From assembly GCA_036397755.1 (NCBI GenBank), contig DASWII010000024.1:9957-73956 (forward strand): DNA of 64,000 nucleotides, written 5' to 3'. Below are positions 1-8,647 of the stretch, piece after piece (within the stretch, counting starts at the first letter, position 1; every line of letters starts with the position of its first letter). Below the pieces are notes generated by a model, which was given only the letters and a program-made list of their open reading frames with translations, was not told where the DNA came from and did no database searches. Source of the DNA: Gemmatimonadales bacterium. GTDB taxonomy: Bacteria; Gemmatimonadota; Gemmatimonadetes; Gemmatimonadales; GWC2-71-9. The translations under genes and the position numbers were made by a program.

Positions 1-1464
1 GCCCGTGAACTCCGCCCAGAGATCGTCATTCCCTCCCCCGGTCCAAGCCGGCCAGCCGAGCAGTGTGGCTTCCGACACCGACGCGTTCATATCGAAGGCG
101 TACAGGTCCAGATCGACACCGACGGGATGTCGCAGCAGATACGCCTGGAACTTCCCGGGAGTCGGCGACGTCACCGAGAACCAGTCCGGGTCGCCGGCGT
201 TGTCGATCGTGAACATCGACGAGCTCAGCTGCTCGTAGGGCGCCGCCATACTGCAGAGATCGTTTTCCTCCGCCGCGTCCGGCGCCAGCTCGGACACGTA
301 GGAGTTCGCCACCTGGTAGCCGTACGGAATGGCCTCCACGAGGCCCAACTGCCCGTAGTCGAGGAAGACCTCGTAGCCGCCGACCGGCGCGTCCTGCAAC
401 GCGAGCCGGAACTGTCGGGGCAGGCCCGCCGCCGGCAGAAAGCCAAACAACGGCGAATACGTGGGCCGGCCAGCGCAATAGTGCAGCCCCCCCGGGGTCG
501 CAATGTCGAAATTGGACGTATCGACGAAGTAGACGTAGGTCGGGAATTCGGTGCCAAAGGGCGAGTTCAGTAACACGGTCATGTCCGTCGTAGCCGGCAC
601 CGGCATGGTGTACCAATCGACACCACCGATCTGCGCTGTCGAATCGCGCAGCTGGATCACGGTGTCGGGTGGCGTGTCAAGGCTGTCGCTTCCCACCAGG
701 ATCGTGTCCTCAACCTGCAGCGTGATCGTCTGACGCGGCTCCATCGCGATCAGCGGGGTGTCGAACCCCACCGCGACCGACCTCGGTTCGTCGTCGTTCG
801 GCTCGAGGAAGTCGAACTGCTGGACCGTCAGCGTCCCACCGAAGAGCGCCGCGTCGGAACCCGAACTCACCTCGACGGTTGACTGCACCGGCGCCGGTGG
901 CACCACCCACGCCGCCACACTCCCGCGCGCCTGTGGTTTGGTCGGGTCCTCCGGGGTGTACCCGTTCTCGATCGGCGCATGCCCGATCCCCCCAATGGTC
1001 ACGAACGACACCTCGTCGAGACCGACACCCCAAATGAACGCCGTGTCGCCCCAGGCCACCGACGCCGGCGTCACCGAGTCGATTTCGACCGCCTGATGAA
1101 TCAGGACGGTGGCTTCTCCCGCCGGGACGCCCTCGATGCCCACCACTTCCGCGATCACCGTCGGCGTGCCCGCCCCCACCGCCTCGATCGTGGCGGAGGT
1201 GTACGTGACTGAGTCCGTCGCGACCAACAACGCGGTGGGTTCATCCGTCGAGAACCGGAACGCAATGCCGGGAATCACCGCGCCACTCGAGTCCCTGAGT
1301 ATCGCGGTCACCGTCACAACGTCCCCCAGGAACATCTCGTCCGGTACACTGGAAATCTCGATGCCCACGATCTCCACGACAGCGGTTTCGTCCGGGAAGC
1401 ATCCATAGGCAATGAGACTCGCGGCCAGCAAGGCACCGAGACCAACTCGAGAAAAGGCACGCAT
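1..1464 (-). CDS. Secreted lipoprotein with an Ig-like N-terminal region and PPC (pre-peptidase C-terminal)-like domains; 3' end runs off the window
   Basis: Not in the ORF track, apparently because no stop codon lies inside the window. My own minus-strand translation from the ATG at 1464 gives MRAFSRVGLGALLAASLIAYGC (signal peptide plus lipobox Cys). Checked stretches in the same frame read FLEPNDDEPRSV, IGGVDWYTMP and, at the window edge, GDPDWFSVTSP...VDLDLYAFD, which are PPC-type motifs. No other listed minus ORF uses this frame. Confidence 0.6.
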   Translation of the reverse strand, partial: MRAFSRVGLGALLAASLIAYGCFPDETAVVEIVGIEISSVPDEMFLGDVVTVTAILRDSSGAVIPGIAFRFSTDEPTALLVATDSVTYTSATIEAVGAGTPTVIAEVVGIEGVPAGEATVLIHQAVEIDSVTPASVAWGDTAFIWGVGLDEVSFVTIGGIGHAPIENGYTPEDPTKPQARGSVAAWVVPPAPVQSTVEVSSGSDAALFGGTLTVQQFDFLEPNDDEPRSVAVGFDTPLIAMEPRQTITLQVEDTILVGSDSLDTPPDTVIQLRDSTAQIGGVDWYTMPVPATTDMTVLLNSPFGTEFPTYVYFVDTSNFDIATPGGLHYCAGRPTYSPLFGFLPAAGLPRQFRLALQDAPVGGYEVFLDYGQLGLVEAIPYGYQVANSYVSELAPDAAEENDLCSMAAPYEQLSSSMFTIDNAGDPDWFSVTSPTPGKFQAYLLRHPVGVDLDLYAFDMNASVSEATLLGWPAWTGGGNDDLWAEFTG

Positions 1465-1750
1465 CGTTACGACCTCTGCCGGAGGTGAGTGCAATCCGTG
1501 GTATCATGCCCTCACAACGAGGGCGTGTCAAGGAACCTGCGCAGGGGCCCAATCGTCTTGTGAGGTCAGGAGTTGCGCCCTCCGCAGGCCGCGTCGCTCG
1601 GCCGCTTGCGCGACGCCGTGCAACCGCCGAAACCGACCGTAGCATCCCCTGTGCCACCCCGCGAGTGCCGACCGGCTACCCCGGGCGGCGACAGCTCGTA
1701 TCTTCCTTCGCCAGCAGTAGATAGCACCCCTCGGAACCCGGAGACCACCA

Positions 1751-2485
1751 GTGGAATGGCTCACGAATCCCGAACTGTGGATCGCCCTCGTCACCCTGAC
1801 CGTTCTGGAGATCGTGTTGGGGATCGACAACGTCGTGTTTATCACGATTCTGGCCGGCAAGCTCCCCCTCCACCTGCAGGATCGCGCCCGGCGCGTCGGT
1901 CTCGTGCTCGCGATGGTCACGAGGATTCTGTTGCTCCTCTCCATCACCTGGATCATCCGGCTCACCGCACCGCTGATCACCGTTCTCGGGCAGGAATTGT
2001 CCGGGCGCGATTTGATTCTGATGGCGGGTGGACTGTTCCTCCTCGGGAAAGCGACGCACGAGATCCACGAGCGCCTCGAAGGGGAGGAAGGGCGCCGATC
2101 CGCCGCCCAGGCGGCGACGTTCGGTGCGGTCGTGACGCAGATCATGCTGCTCGACGTCGTCTTCTCGATCGACTCGGTCGTGACCGCGGTCGGCATGGTG
2201 CGGGAGGTGGCCGTGATGGTCACGGCCGTCGTGATCGCCGTCCTCGTGATGCTCGTGTCCGTCGGGCCGATCAGTGACTTTGTCGAGCGCCATCCCACCG
2301 TCAAGATGCTGGCGCTGAGCTTCCTGCTCCTGATCGGCATGTCCCTCGTCGCCGAATCGCTCGATCAGCACATTCCGAAGGGCCATATCTACTTTGCCAT
2401 GGGCTTCTCGGTGTTCGTGGAAGCGCTGAACACACGTGCGAGACGCGCCGCGAAGCCGGTGCAGCTGCGGAGTCCGTACAGGTGA
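1751..2485 (+). CDS. TerC family integral membrane protein
   Basis: 244 aa and multi-TM. The N-terminus WIALVTLTVLEIVLGIDNVVFI is typical of the TerC/YoaE family. Confidence 0.88.
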   Translation: MEWLTNPELWIALVTLTVLEIVLGIDNVVFITILAGKLPLHLQDRARRVGLVLAMVTRILLLLSITWIIRLTAPLITVLGQELSGRDLILMAGGLFLLGKATHEIHERLEGEEGRRSAAQAATFGAVVTQIMLLDVVFSIDSVVTAVGMVREVAVMVTAVVIAVLVMLVSVGPISDFVERHPTVKMLALSFLLLIGMSLVAESLDQHIPKGHIYFAMGFSVFVEALNTRARRAAKPVQLRSPYR

Positions 2486-2659
2486 GCGACCGTCATGGTA
2501 TCTTTATGACCGTGCGATCGTCGGGCGTTCGGAGTGCCCCGGTCGATCGCCGGGACCATGAGCGGGGAGGTGACTGTGGGGAAGACTACGGTATCAGCCC
2601 AAGGCGGCCGTGCGCAGGACGCGTATGGCCGCGACGACATTCAGCCCGGTGAGGACACT

Positions 2660-3946
2660 GTGGGGAAGAACACACTATCGATCACGGACAACCGTACCGG
2701 GAAGGTGTACGAGGTACCGATCGAGCATGACACGATTCGGGCGATGGATCTGCGGCAGATACGGGTGCGGGATGAAGACTTCGGGCTCATGACCTATGAC
2801 CCGGGATTCACGAACACCGCGTCATGCAAGAGCACGATCACGTATATCGACGGCGACCGGGGCATCCTGCGCTATCGAGGGTACCCGATCGAGGAGGTGG
2901 CGGAGAAGAGCAACTTTCTCGAGGTCGCCTACTTGCTGCTCAATGGCGAACTGCCGAGCGAGGGCGAACTCAATGAGTGGCGGCACGGGGTCACGCACCA
3001 CACGTTTCTGCACGAGAACATCCGCAAGCTCATGGACGGGTTCCGCTACGACGCGCATCCCATGGGGGCGTTCGTGAGCACGGTGGCCGCGCTGTCCACC
3101 TTCTACACCAACGCGAAACACATCCGCGACAAACAGTCGCGCCATCACCAAATCGAGCGACTGATCGCGAAAGCGCCCACGATCGCGGCGTTCGCCTATC
3201 GGCACATGATGGGGTTGCCCTACGTGTACCCGGACAACGAGCTGTCGTACGCGGGGAACTTCTTGAACATGATGTTCCGGACCAGTGAGGCCCGGTACCG
3301 GCCCAACCCGGTGCTGGAACACGCGCTCGATGTCCTGTTCATCCTCCACGCCGACCACGAGCAGAACTGTTCGACCAGCGCCATGCGGGGGGTCGGCTCG
3401 AGCGAGTCCGACCCGTACGTGGCGATGGCCGCCGCCGCCGCCGCGTTGTACGGCCCGCTCCACGGCGGAGCGAACGAGAAGGTGCTGCGCATGCTCCGGG
3501 AGATCAGTGATGTGAGGAGCATTCCCGACTATATCAAACGGGTGAAGAGCCGCGAAGTGCGCTTGATGGGATTCGGGCACCGGGTCTACAAGAATTACGA
3601 TCCGCGCGCTTCGGTCATCAAGCAGATCGCGTACGAGGTCTTCGAGGTCACCGGCAAGAACCCGCTCATCGACATCGCGATCGAGCTCGAGCGCATCGCG
3701 CTCGAAGACGAGTTCTTCATCGAGCGGAAACTCTATCCAAACGTCGACTTCTACTCCGGCATCATCTACGAGGCGATGCAGTTTCCGATGGAGATGTTCC
3801 CGGTGCTCTTCGCCATCGGCCGTGCGCCGGGCTGGCTCGCCCAGTGGCAGGAGATGTTGGAGGACGACGATCAGCGCATCGCCCGCCCCCGCCAGATTTA
3901 CTTGGGCAGCGACGCACGATCGTACGTGCCGTTGGTGAATCGGTAG
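2660..3946 (+). CDS. gltA: Citrate synthase (type II)
   Basis: Motifs GFGHRVYKNYDPRA, YDPGFTNTASC and HADHEQNCSTS. The ORF track starts at 2534 (GTG). A GTG at 2660, preceded by GAGGA-cact, gives an N-terminus (VGKNTLSITDNRTGK) that aligns in length with known citrate synthases. Alternative starts are 2576 and 2534. Confidence 0.93.
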   Translation: MGKNTLSITDNRTGKVYEVPIEHDTIRAMDLRQIRVRDEDFGLMTYDPGFTNTASCKSTITYIDGDRGILRYRGYPIEEVAEKSNFLEVAYLLLNGELPSEGELNEWRHGVTHHTFLHENIRKLMDGFRYDAHPMGAFVSTVAALSTFYTNAKHIRDKQSRHHQIERLIAKAPTIAAFAYRHMMGLPYVYPDNELSYAGNFLNMMFRTSEARYRPNPVLEHALDVLFILHADHEQNCSTSAMRGVGSSESDPYVAMAAAAAALYGPLHGGANEKVLRMLREISDVRSIPDYIKRVKSREVRLMGFGHRVYKNYDPRASVIKQIAYEVFEVTGKNPLIDIAIELERIALEDEFFIERKLYPNVDFYSGIIYEAMQFPMEMFPVLFAIGRAPGWLAQWQEMLEDDDQRIARPRQIYLGSDARSYVPLVNR

Positions 3947-3956
3947 CGGAACGAAG

Positions 3957-4011
3957 CGGAACGACGGGAACGGCGGGAGGCGAAACCCCTCCCGTCCCTC
4001 CCGTCGTTCCG
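3957..4011. terminator. Long imperfect GC-rich hairpin between convergent gltA and the TIGR03545-like gene
   Basis: cggaacgacgggaacggcgggagg / cctcccgtccctcccgtcgttccg: 13 bp plus 6 bp of complementarity around a short loop, lying between two stop codons. Confidence 0.5.
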
Positions 4012-4021
4012 TCCCCGTCGT

Positions 4022-5842
4022 TTATCTCCCAAGGCGCTGCAGCTGGGCGCGTAACTCGGCCTGGACGGCCGCCAGCTGCTCGCGCGGGACACCGACGCGC
4101 TCGGCGATGGTATCCCGCAACGCCGCCACACGCGCCTCCGCGGCGGCGACCTCGTCACCAACCAGGCGCTGAACTTCCGCTCGCACGTCCGCCTGTGCGC
4201 GCTCGAGTTCACGCCCCAGCTCGGCACGCACGCTCTGCACCACCGCACGCCCCACGTTGGACCGAACCGCCAGCGACGGGCGCGCCGGGTCGCCAACGAC
4301 CTCCATATCCAGCTCGACGTTGCGAACCCCGGCCACGGACCGCCATAGCAGGTCCGCTAACCACGCCTGAGATCCCCGCGCGGGAGGCGACGCCGGCGCC
4401 GCCGCCAGCCGGGTCCACCGCACGGCGGGCGCCTCGATGTGCCACCGCGCCCGCAGGCTCCCTGCCTCACGGACGAGATGCAGCTCGGTCGTACCCTGCC
4501 CCAATGCGAGCGCCGCACCCAGCTCCTCGAGCGTCAGCGTGGGCAGCGTCAGGCCCGCGGCGCGGGCGTCGACCGAGTCGCGCGCCGCCGCGCCGGCCCG
4601 ATCGATCACGGCCGCCAGGGCAAGATCGCGCGGTCCCGCGGTCGCGCCAGTCCGGCCGGCGGTCACCTCCAGCGGACGACCGTAGATCGCGGGATCGGTC
4701 GTGAGGCCCGTCAGCCGGGCGCCGTATGCGCCAGCCGCTACACCTGCCCCACCGAGCACCATGTCCACGTCCGCATGCTCGAGCAGGAATCGCGGGTACT
4801 CGGTACCGCCGGGATAGTGAACCGTCGTGCCGGCCCGCCGAGCGCGTTTGGAACCCGCCATGCGTCGCGGGTCGAGTCCCGGGGGCACGAAGCGGTCGGC
4901 GACGTTGAGCCAGTACAACACTGGGCGCACCCACTCCACGGCCAACCGCCCGAATATGGCCGTGGAAACCGTCGGCGCATCGAGTGTCGGGAGCTGGAGC
5001 CGGCCCATGGCCCACCTGACGTCGGCGGCATGCGCGTCTTCCAGGGCCGCGAGCCCGCGATTCAGGTCCGCCATCTGCCCGCGCGCACTGGAGTCGACCT
5101 GCGCGAGACTGCGTTCGAGACCGCCGAGTACGTCCAGCGTCGCGCGCGTCCGCCCGACGAGTCGCGTCACACCCCCGACACCCAACGAGAGGATGTTGGC
5201 GCCGCTCAACTCGCGCGCCAACGCCCTTGCCGAGTCGATACGCGGACTCGGATCCAATCCGGCGATCTGCCGCCGGAACGTCTGCTCGACGGTGGCCGCG
5301 TCGCTTGTGAGATCCCGCGCGACCCGGAAGGTGTGCAGACTGTCCGGCGTGAGGCGCGACAGGTCAACCCCCTGCCGCAAGCCGCTCAGCGACAGTGCGG
5401 GAATGCGCACGCTGTTGGCCCACGCGTCCACCTCGCTGCGCACCGCCCGGCTGGCCGCGCTGGGGTGATCCAGCGCCCCCGAGGTTTCCCGCGCCGTACC
5501 GAACCGGACCCCGCGCACCGCAAGGCTCTCAACAACCACCCGTTGCATGAGCAACGGGCGGACCGCCACATCCGCCACGATCTCTTCCGCTTCGAAGAGG
5601 TTGGTCATCGGCGCGTCAGGATTGGTGACCGCCAGCCCGCGGAAGGTCACGGCGCCGTCCGTGACCCGCACGTCCGCGGAGGCAAGATCGACGCGCGCAC
5701 CGACGACCACGGCCCCGACGTCTTCCACGGCCCGCTCCACAGCGCGATCCAGCAGCAACCACCACACCCCCGCGACGAGCCCGAGGAACACCGTGAGCGG
5801 CACCACCGCCTTCCAACGCACCCATCGTCCGCGGGCGCTCAC
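4022..5842 (-). CDS. TIGR03545-like uncharacterised protein (single N-terminal TM, large extracytoplasmic body, C-terminal coiled coil)
   Basis: The listed ORF 4022-6199 overlaps the upstream gene. An in-frame GTG at 5842 forms a GTGA start/stop overlap with that gene and gives VSARGRWVRWKAVVPLTVFLGLVAGVWWLLL (TM helix). The body has repeated 'VxxLxVxGVRF'-like segments, as in AsmA/TIGR03545-type proteins. Confidence 0.65.
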   Translation of the reverse strand: MSARGRWVRWKAVVPLTVFLGLVAGVWWLLLDRAVERAVEDVGAVVVGARVDLASADVRVTDGAVTFRGLAVTNPDAPMTNLFEAEEIVADVAVRPLLMQRVVVESLAVRGVRFGTARETSGALDHPSAASRAVRSEVDAWANSVRIPALSLSGLRQGVDLSRLTPDSLHTFRVARDLTSDAATVEQTFRRQIAGLDPSPRIDSARALARELSGANILSLGVGGVTRLVGRTRATLDVLGGLERSLAQVDSSARGQMADLNRGLAALEDAHAADVRWAMGRLQLPTLDAPTVSTAIFGRLAVEWVRPVLYWLNVADRFVPPGLDPRRMAGSKRARRAGTTVHYPGGTEYPRFLLEHADVDMVLGGAGVAAGAYGARLTGLTTDPAIYGRPLEVTAGRTGATAGPRDLALAAVIDRAGAAARDSVDARAAGLTLPTLTLEELGAALALGQGTTELHLVREAGSLRARWHIEAPAVRWTRLAAAPASPPARGSQAWLADLLWRSVAGVRNVELDMEVVGDPARPSLAVRSNVGRAVVQSVRAELGRELERAQADVRAEVQRLVGDEVAAAEARVAALRDTIAERVGVPREQLAAVQAELRAQLQRLGR

Positions 5843-6357
5843 GGCCGGAACCAGCGATAGGCGTTGTACAGTTTCGAGGCCTGCACGACGCGGACGACCT
5901 TCCACTTCCGCGCGCGCACGTAGATGGTCGCGCGATATCGCGCGACACCCCACCGCGCCGCGAAGAAGATCGGAACCACCAGCGCCACCCACACCACGAT
6001 GCTGCCGAGTGTCACCGTGTTGTTGACACGGGAGAGAGAGAGCACCGGCGTATGGTAGATCGCGCGCCACAGTGGCGTGAACGCCGAGGCATCCTGAAGG
6101 AGGGCGCCGCCCACCATGTCGAACACGGGGTCCAACGCAAATCCGAACGGGGTGAAGATCAGGAAACCGAGTACCGCTCCCGGCACGGACACGTTGCACA
6201 GCATCAAGACGGCCACCATCACGAGATTGTGCAGGGAAAGGAGGGGCGTCAGCCCGAAGATGCTCCCGAGGGCGATCCCGGCCGCCACCTGGCCGGGGGT
6301 ACCGTCCGAATTGAGCGTTCGGACGAGCGTCTGGACGAACTTGAGGATGGCCAGCAT
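5839..6357 (-). CDS. TIGR03546-like small membrane protein (DUF2062-like)
   Basis: MLAILKFVQTLVRTLNSDGTPGQVAAGIALGSIFGLTPLLSLHNL...NNTVTLGSIVVWVALVVPIFF matches my memory of the family that pairs with TIGR03545. The start is taken at internal Met28 (6357) of ORF 5839-6438. Confidence 0.65.
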   Translation of the reverse strand: MLAILKFVQTLVRTLNSDGTPGQVAAGIALGSIFGLTPLLSLHNLVMVAVLMLCNVSVPGAVLGFLIFTPFGFALDPVFDMVGGALLQDASAFTPLWRAIYHTPVLSLSRVNNTVTLGSIVVWVALVVPIFFAARWGVARYRATIYVRARKWKVVRVVQASKLYNAYRWFRP

Positions 6358-6514
6358 TGTGGAAGTGTTTCGCCGCGCGGCGTGCCTTGTCCAGTCCCCC
6401 AGGCGCCCAGGTCGCCCGTCGGGTGCCGGACCGCTCACTCCGAGCGCATCACCGGCGACAGCGTGTCACTTTCCCTGCCCCGTGTGCGCGCGATCTTGCC
6501 GCTAGATTTCGCGC

Positions 6515-8647
6515 ATGTCATCCCTCGACCCGATTCTCCGCCCGCAATCGATTGCGGTGATCGGCGCCTCGCGCCAGCCGAATACCATCGGCTGGCAGAT
6601 TCTCCACAACCTGTTGAATCACGGATTCCAGGGACCCGTCTATCCAGTCAACCCCAAGGCGCGCGCCATTCACTCGATCCAGGCCTACCCATCCATCTCC
6701 GCGGTCCCCGGACCGGTCGACCTCGCTCTGGTGGTCGTCCCGAAGCAGCATGTGTTGAAGGTCGTCCTGGAGAGCGTCGCAGCCGGGGTGCGGGGGCTCG
6801 TGATCATCTCCGCAGGGTTCAAGGAGGTCGGCGGTGAAGGTGTCGAACGCGAGCGCGAGCTGCTGGACGTCGTGCGGACGGCAGGCATCCGAATGGTGGG
6901 CCCCAACTGCATGGGTGTGATGAACACCAATCCCGGCACCTCGATGAACGCCACCTTCGCGCCCGGCGCACCACCCACGGGTCCGATCGCGCTGGTGAGT
7001 CAATCGGGCGCGATGGGGGTGAGCATCCTCGACTATGCGCAAAGCCTCGGCATCGGCATCTCGGCGTTCGTCTCAAGCGGCAACAAGGCCGACGTGAGCG
7101 GCAACGACCTGCTCGAGTATTGGCGCGACGACGACGATATCGAGATGGTGCTCATGTACCTCGAGGGGTTCGGCAACCCCGTTCGGTTTGTCGAGCTCGG
7201 ACGGACGATGACGCGCACGAAGCCGGTGTGCGTCGTCAAGTCCGGCCGGACGGGTGCCGGCGCCCGCGCCGCCGCGTCGCACACCGGCGCCCTCGCCGGG
7301 ACGGAGCTCGTCACGGAAGCCATCATCGCCCAAGCCGGGGCCATTCGTGCCGACACGGTCCAGGAACTTTTCGATTTCGCCATGGCGTTCTCCAACCAGC
7401 CGCTGCCGCCAGGCAACCGCGTCGCCATCGTCACCAATGCCGGTGGGCCCGGCATTATCATCGCCGACGCATGCGAGGCGCACGGGCTCGCGGTGACATC
7501 GCTCACGGAGGGGACGGAGGCCAAGCTGCGGTCTCGGCTGCCCGAGGAAGCCAGCGTGCACAATCCTGTGGATCTCATTGCCTCGGCCAATGGCGACGCC
7601 TATGAGTTCGCGCTTTGCTGTGTGCTGGACGACCCGCAGGTCGATGCGGCGATCGCGGCGTTCGTCCCCCCCCTTGGCATACAAACAGCCGAGGTGGCGG
7701 CCGCCATCGTCCGCGCCAACGCGGGCTTTCCGGACAAGCCGATCCTGGCGGTGCTCATGGGCCGCGAGGGACTGCCGGCAGGTGTCGCGGAACTGCAGGA
7801 GGCGCGGATTCCCGCGTACATCTTTCCCGAATCAGCCGCCCGCGCGCTCGCCGCGATGTGGCGGCAGCGTGAAGCCGCCAGCCGGCCCGTCGGGAAACGG
7901 GTGCAGTTCGCGACCGATGACGATGGCGTCGGCGCGATCATCGATCGGACGCTCGCCGCCGGCGCCACGAAGGTCAGCGAGGCGGACGCGATGCGAGTGC
8001 TGGAAGCCTACGGGGTTCCCGTTCTGCCGTGGCACTACGTCGGCGCCCGAGACAGCGACGATGTCGCGGCGGCCGCGGCCGCGGCCGCCGAGGACGTCGG
8101 CCTTCCGGTCGCCGTGAAGATCGTCAGTCCCCAAGTCGTTCACAAAACCGAGGTCGGCGGCGTGGCCCTGGGTCTGGAAACAGCCGACGCGGTGCGCGAC
8201 GCCGTGCGATCCATGCTCGCGCAGGTCGCCACGGCGGGGCCCGCCGGAGGGCCGGCGATGGTGAGCGGGTTTGTCGTGCAGCAGATGGCGTCACGCGACG
8301 GCATCGAGACGATCGTCGGCCTCACCCGCGCGCCCAGGGTGGGCCCGTTGGTGATGTTCGGGATGGGAGGGATCTACGTGGAGGTGATGAAGGACGTGGT
8401 CCTACGCCTCGCGCCCCTGCTCGACAGCGACGCGGACGACATGATGCACCAGGTCAAGCTGTACCGGTTGCTCGAAGGCGTCCGTGGCCAAGCGCCGCGC
8501 GACCGGCAGGCGCTGGCGAGCACGATCCTTCGCATCGGGCAACTCGCCGTTCGTCATCCCCGCATCGTGGAGATGGATATCAATCCGCTCATGGCGCTCG
8601 ATCGCGGCGTCGTCGCGATCGACGTGCGGATTCAGCTCGATGGTTGA
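6515..8647 (+). CDS. ADP-forming acetyl-CoA synthetase / acetate--CoA ligase family protein (fused alpha-beta)
   Basis: N-terminal CoA-binding motif SIAVIGASRQPNTIG, a succinyl-CoA-ligase-like middle region and a C-terminal ATP-grasp region. 710 aa with no GNAT domain. Confidence 0.85.
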   Translation: MSSLDPILRPQSIAVIGASRQPNTIGWQILHNLLNHGFQGPVYPVNPKARAIHSIQAYPSISAVPGPVDLALVVVPKQHVLKVVLESVAAGVRGLVIISAGFKEVGGEGVERERELLDVVRTAGIRMVGPNCMGVMNTNPGTSMNATFAPGAPPTGPIALVSQSGAMGVSILDYAQSLGIGISAFVSSGNKADVSGNDLLEYWRDDDDIEMVLMYLEGFGNPVRFVELGRTMTRTKPVCVVKSGRTGAGARAAASHTGALAGTELVTEAIIAQAGAIRADTVQELFDFAMAFSNQPLPPGNRVAIVTNAGGPGIIIADACEAHGLAVTSLTEGTEAKLRSRLPEEASVHNPVDLIASANGDAYEFALCCVLDDPQVDAAIAAFVPPLGIQTAEVAAAIVRANAGFPDKPILAVLMGREGLPAGVAELQEARIPAYIFPESAARALAAMWRQREAASRPVGKRVQFATDDDGVGAIIDRTLAAGATKVSEADAMRVLEAYGVPVLPWHYVGARDSDDVAAAAAAAAEDVGLPVAVKIVSPQVVHKTEVGGVALGLETADAVRDAVRSMLAQVATAGPAGGPAMVSGFVVQQMASRDGIETIVGLTRAPRVGPLVMFGMGGIYVEVMKDVVLRLAPLLDSDADDMMHQVKLYRLLEGVRGQAPRDRQALASTILRIGQLAVRHPRIVEMDINPLMALDRGVVAIDVRIQLDG

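Noticed and set aside
1690-1750. A possible yybP-ykoY (Mn2+) riboswitch upstream of the TerC gene. The region contains cagcAGTAGatagc and cGGAGACCacc, which resemble the GGGGAGUAG and GAGACC boxes.
   Set aside because: The two boxes are only ~15 nt apart, whereas the riboswitch needs a ~70-nt four-helix core between them. No UUGACAUA-like element or P1 pairing is present.
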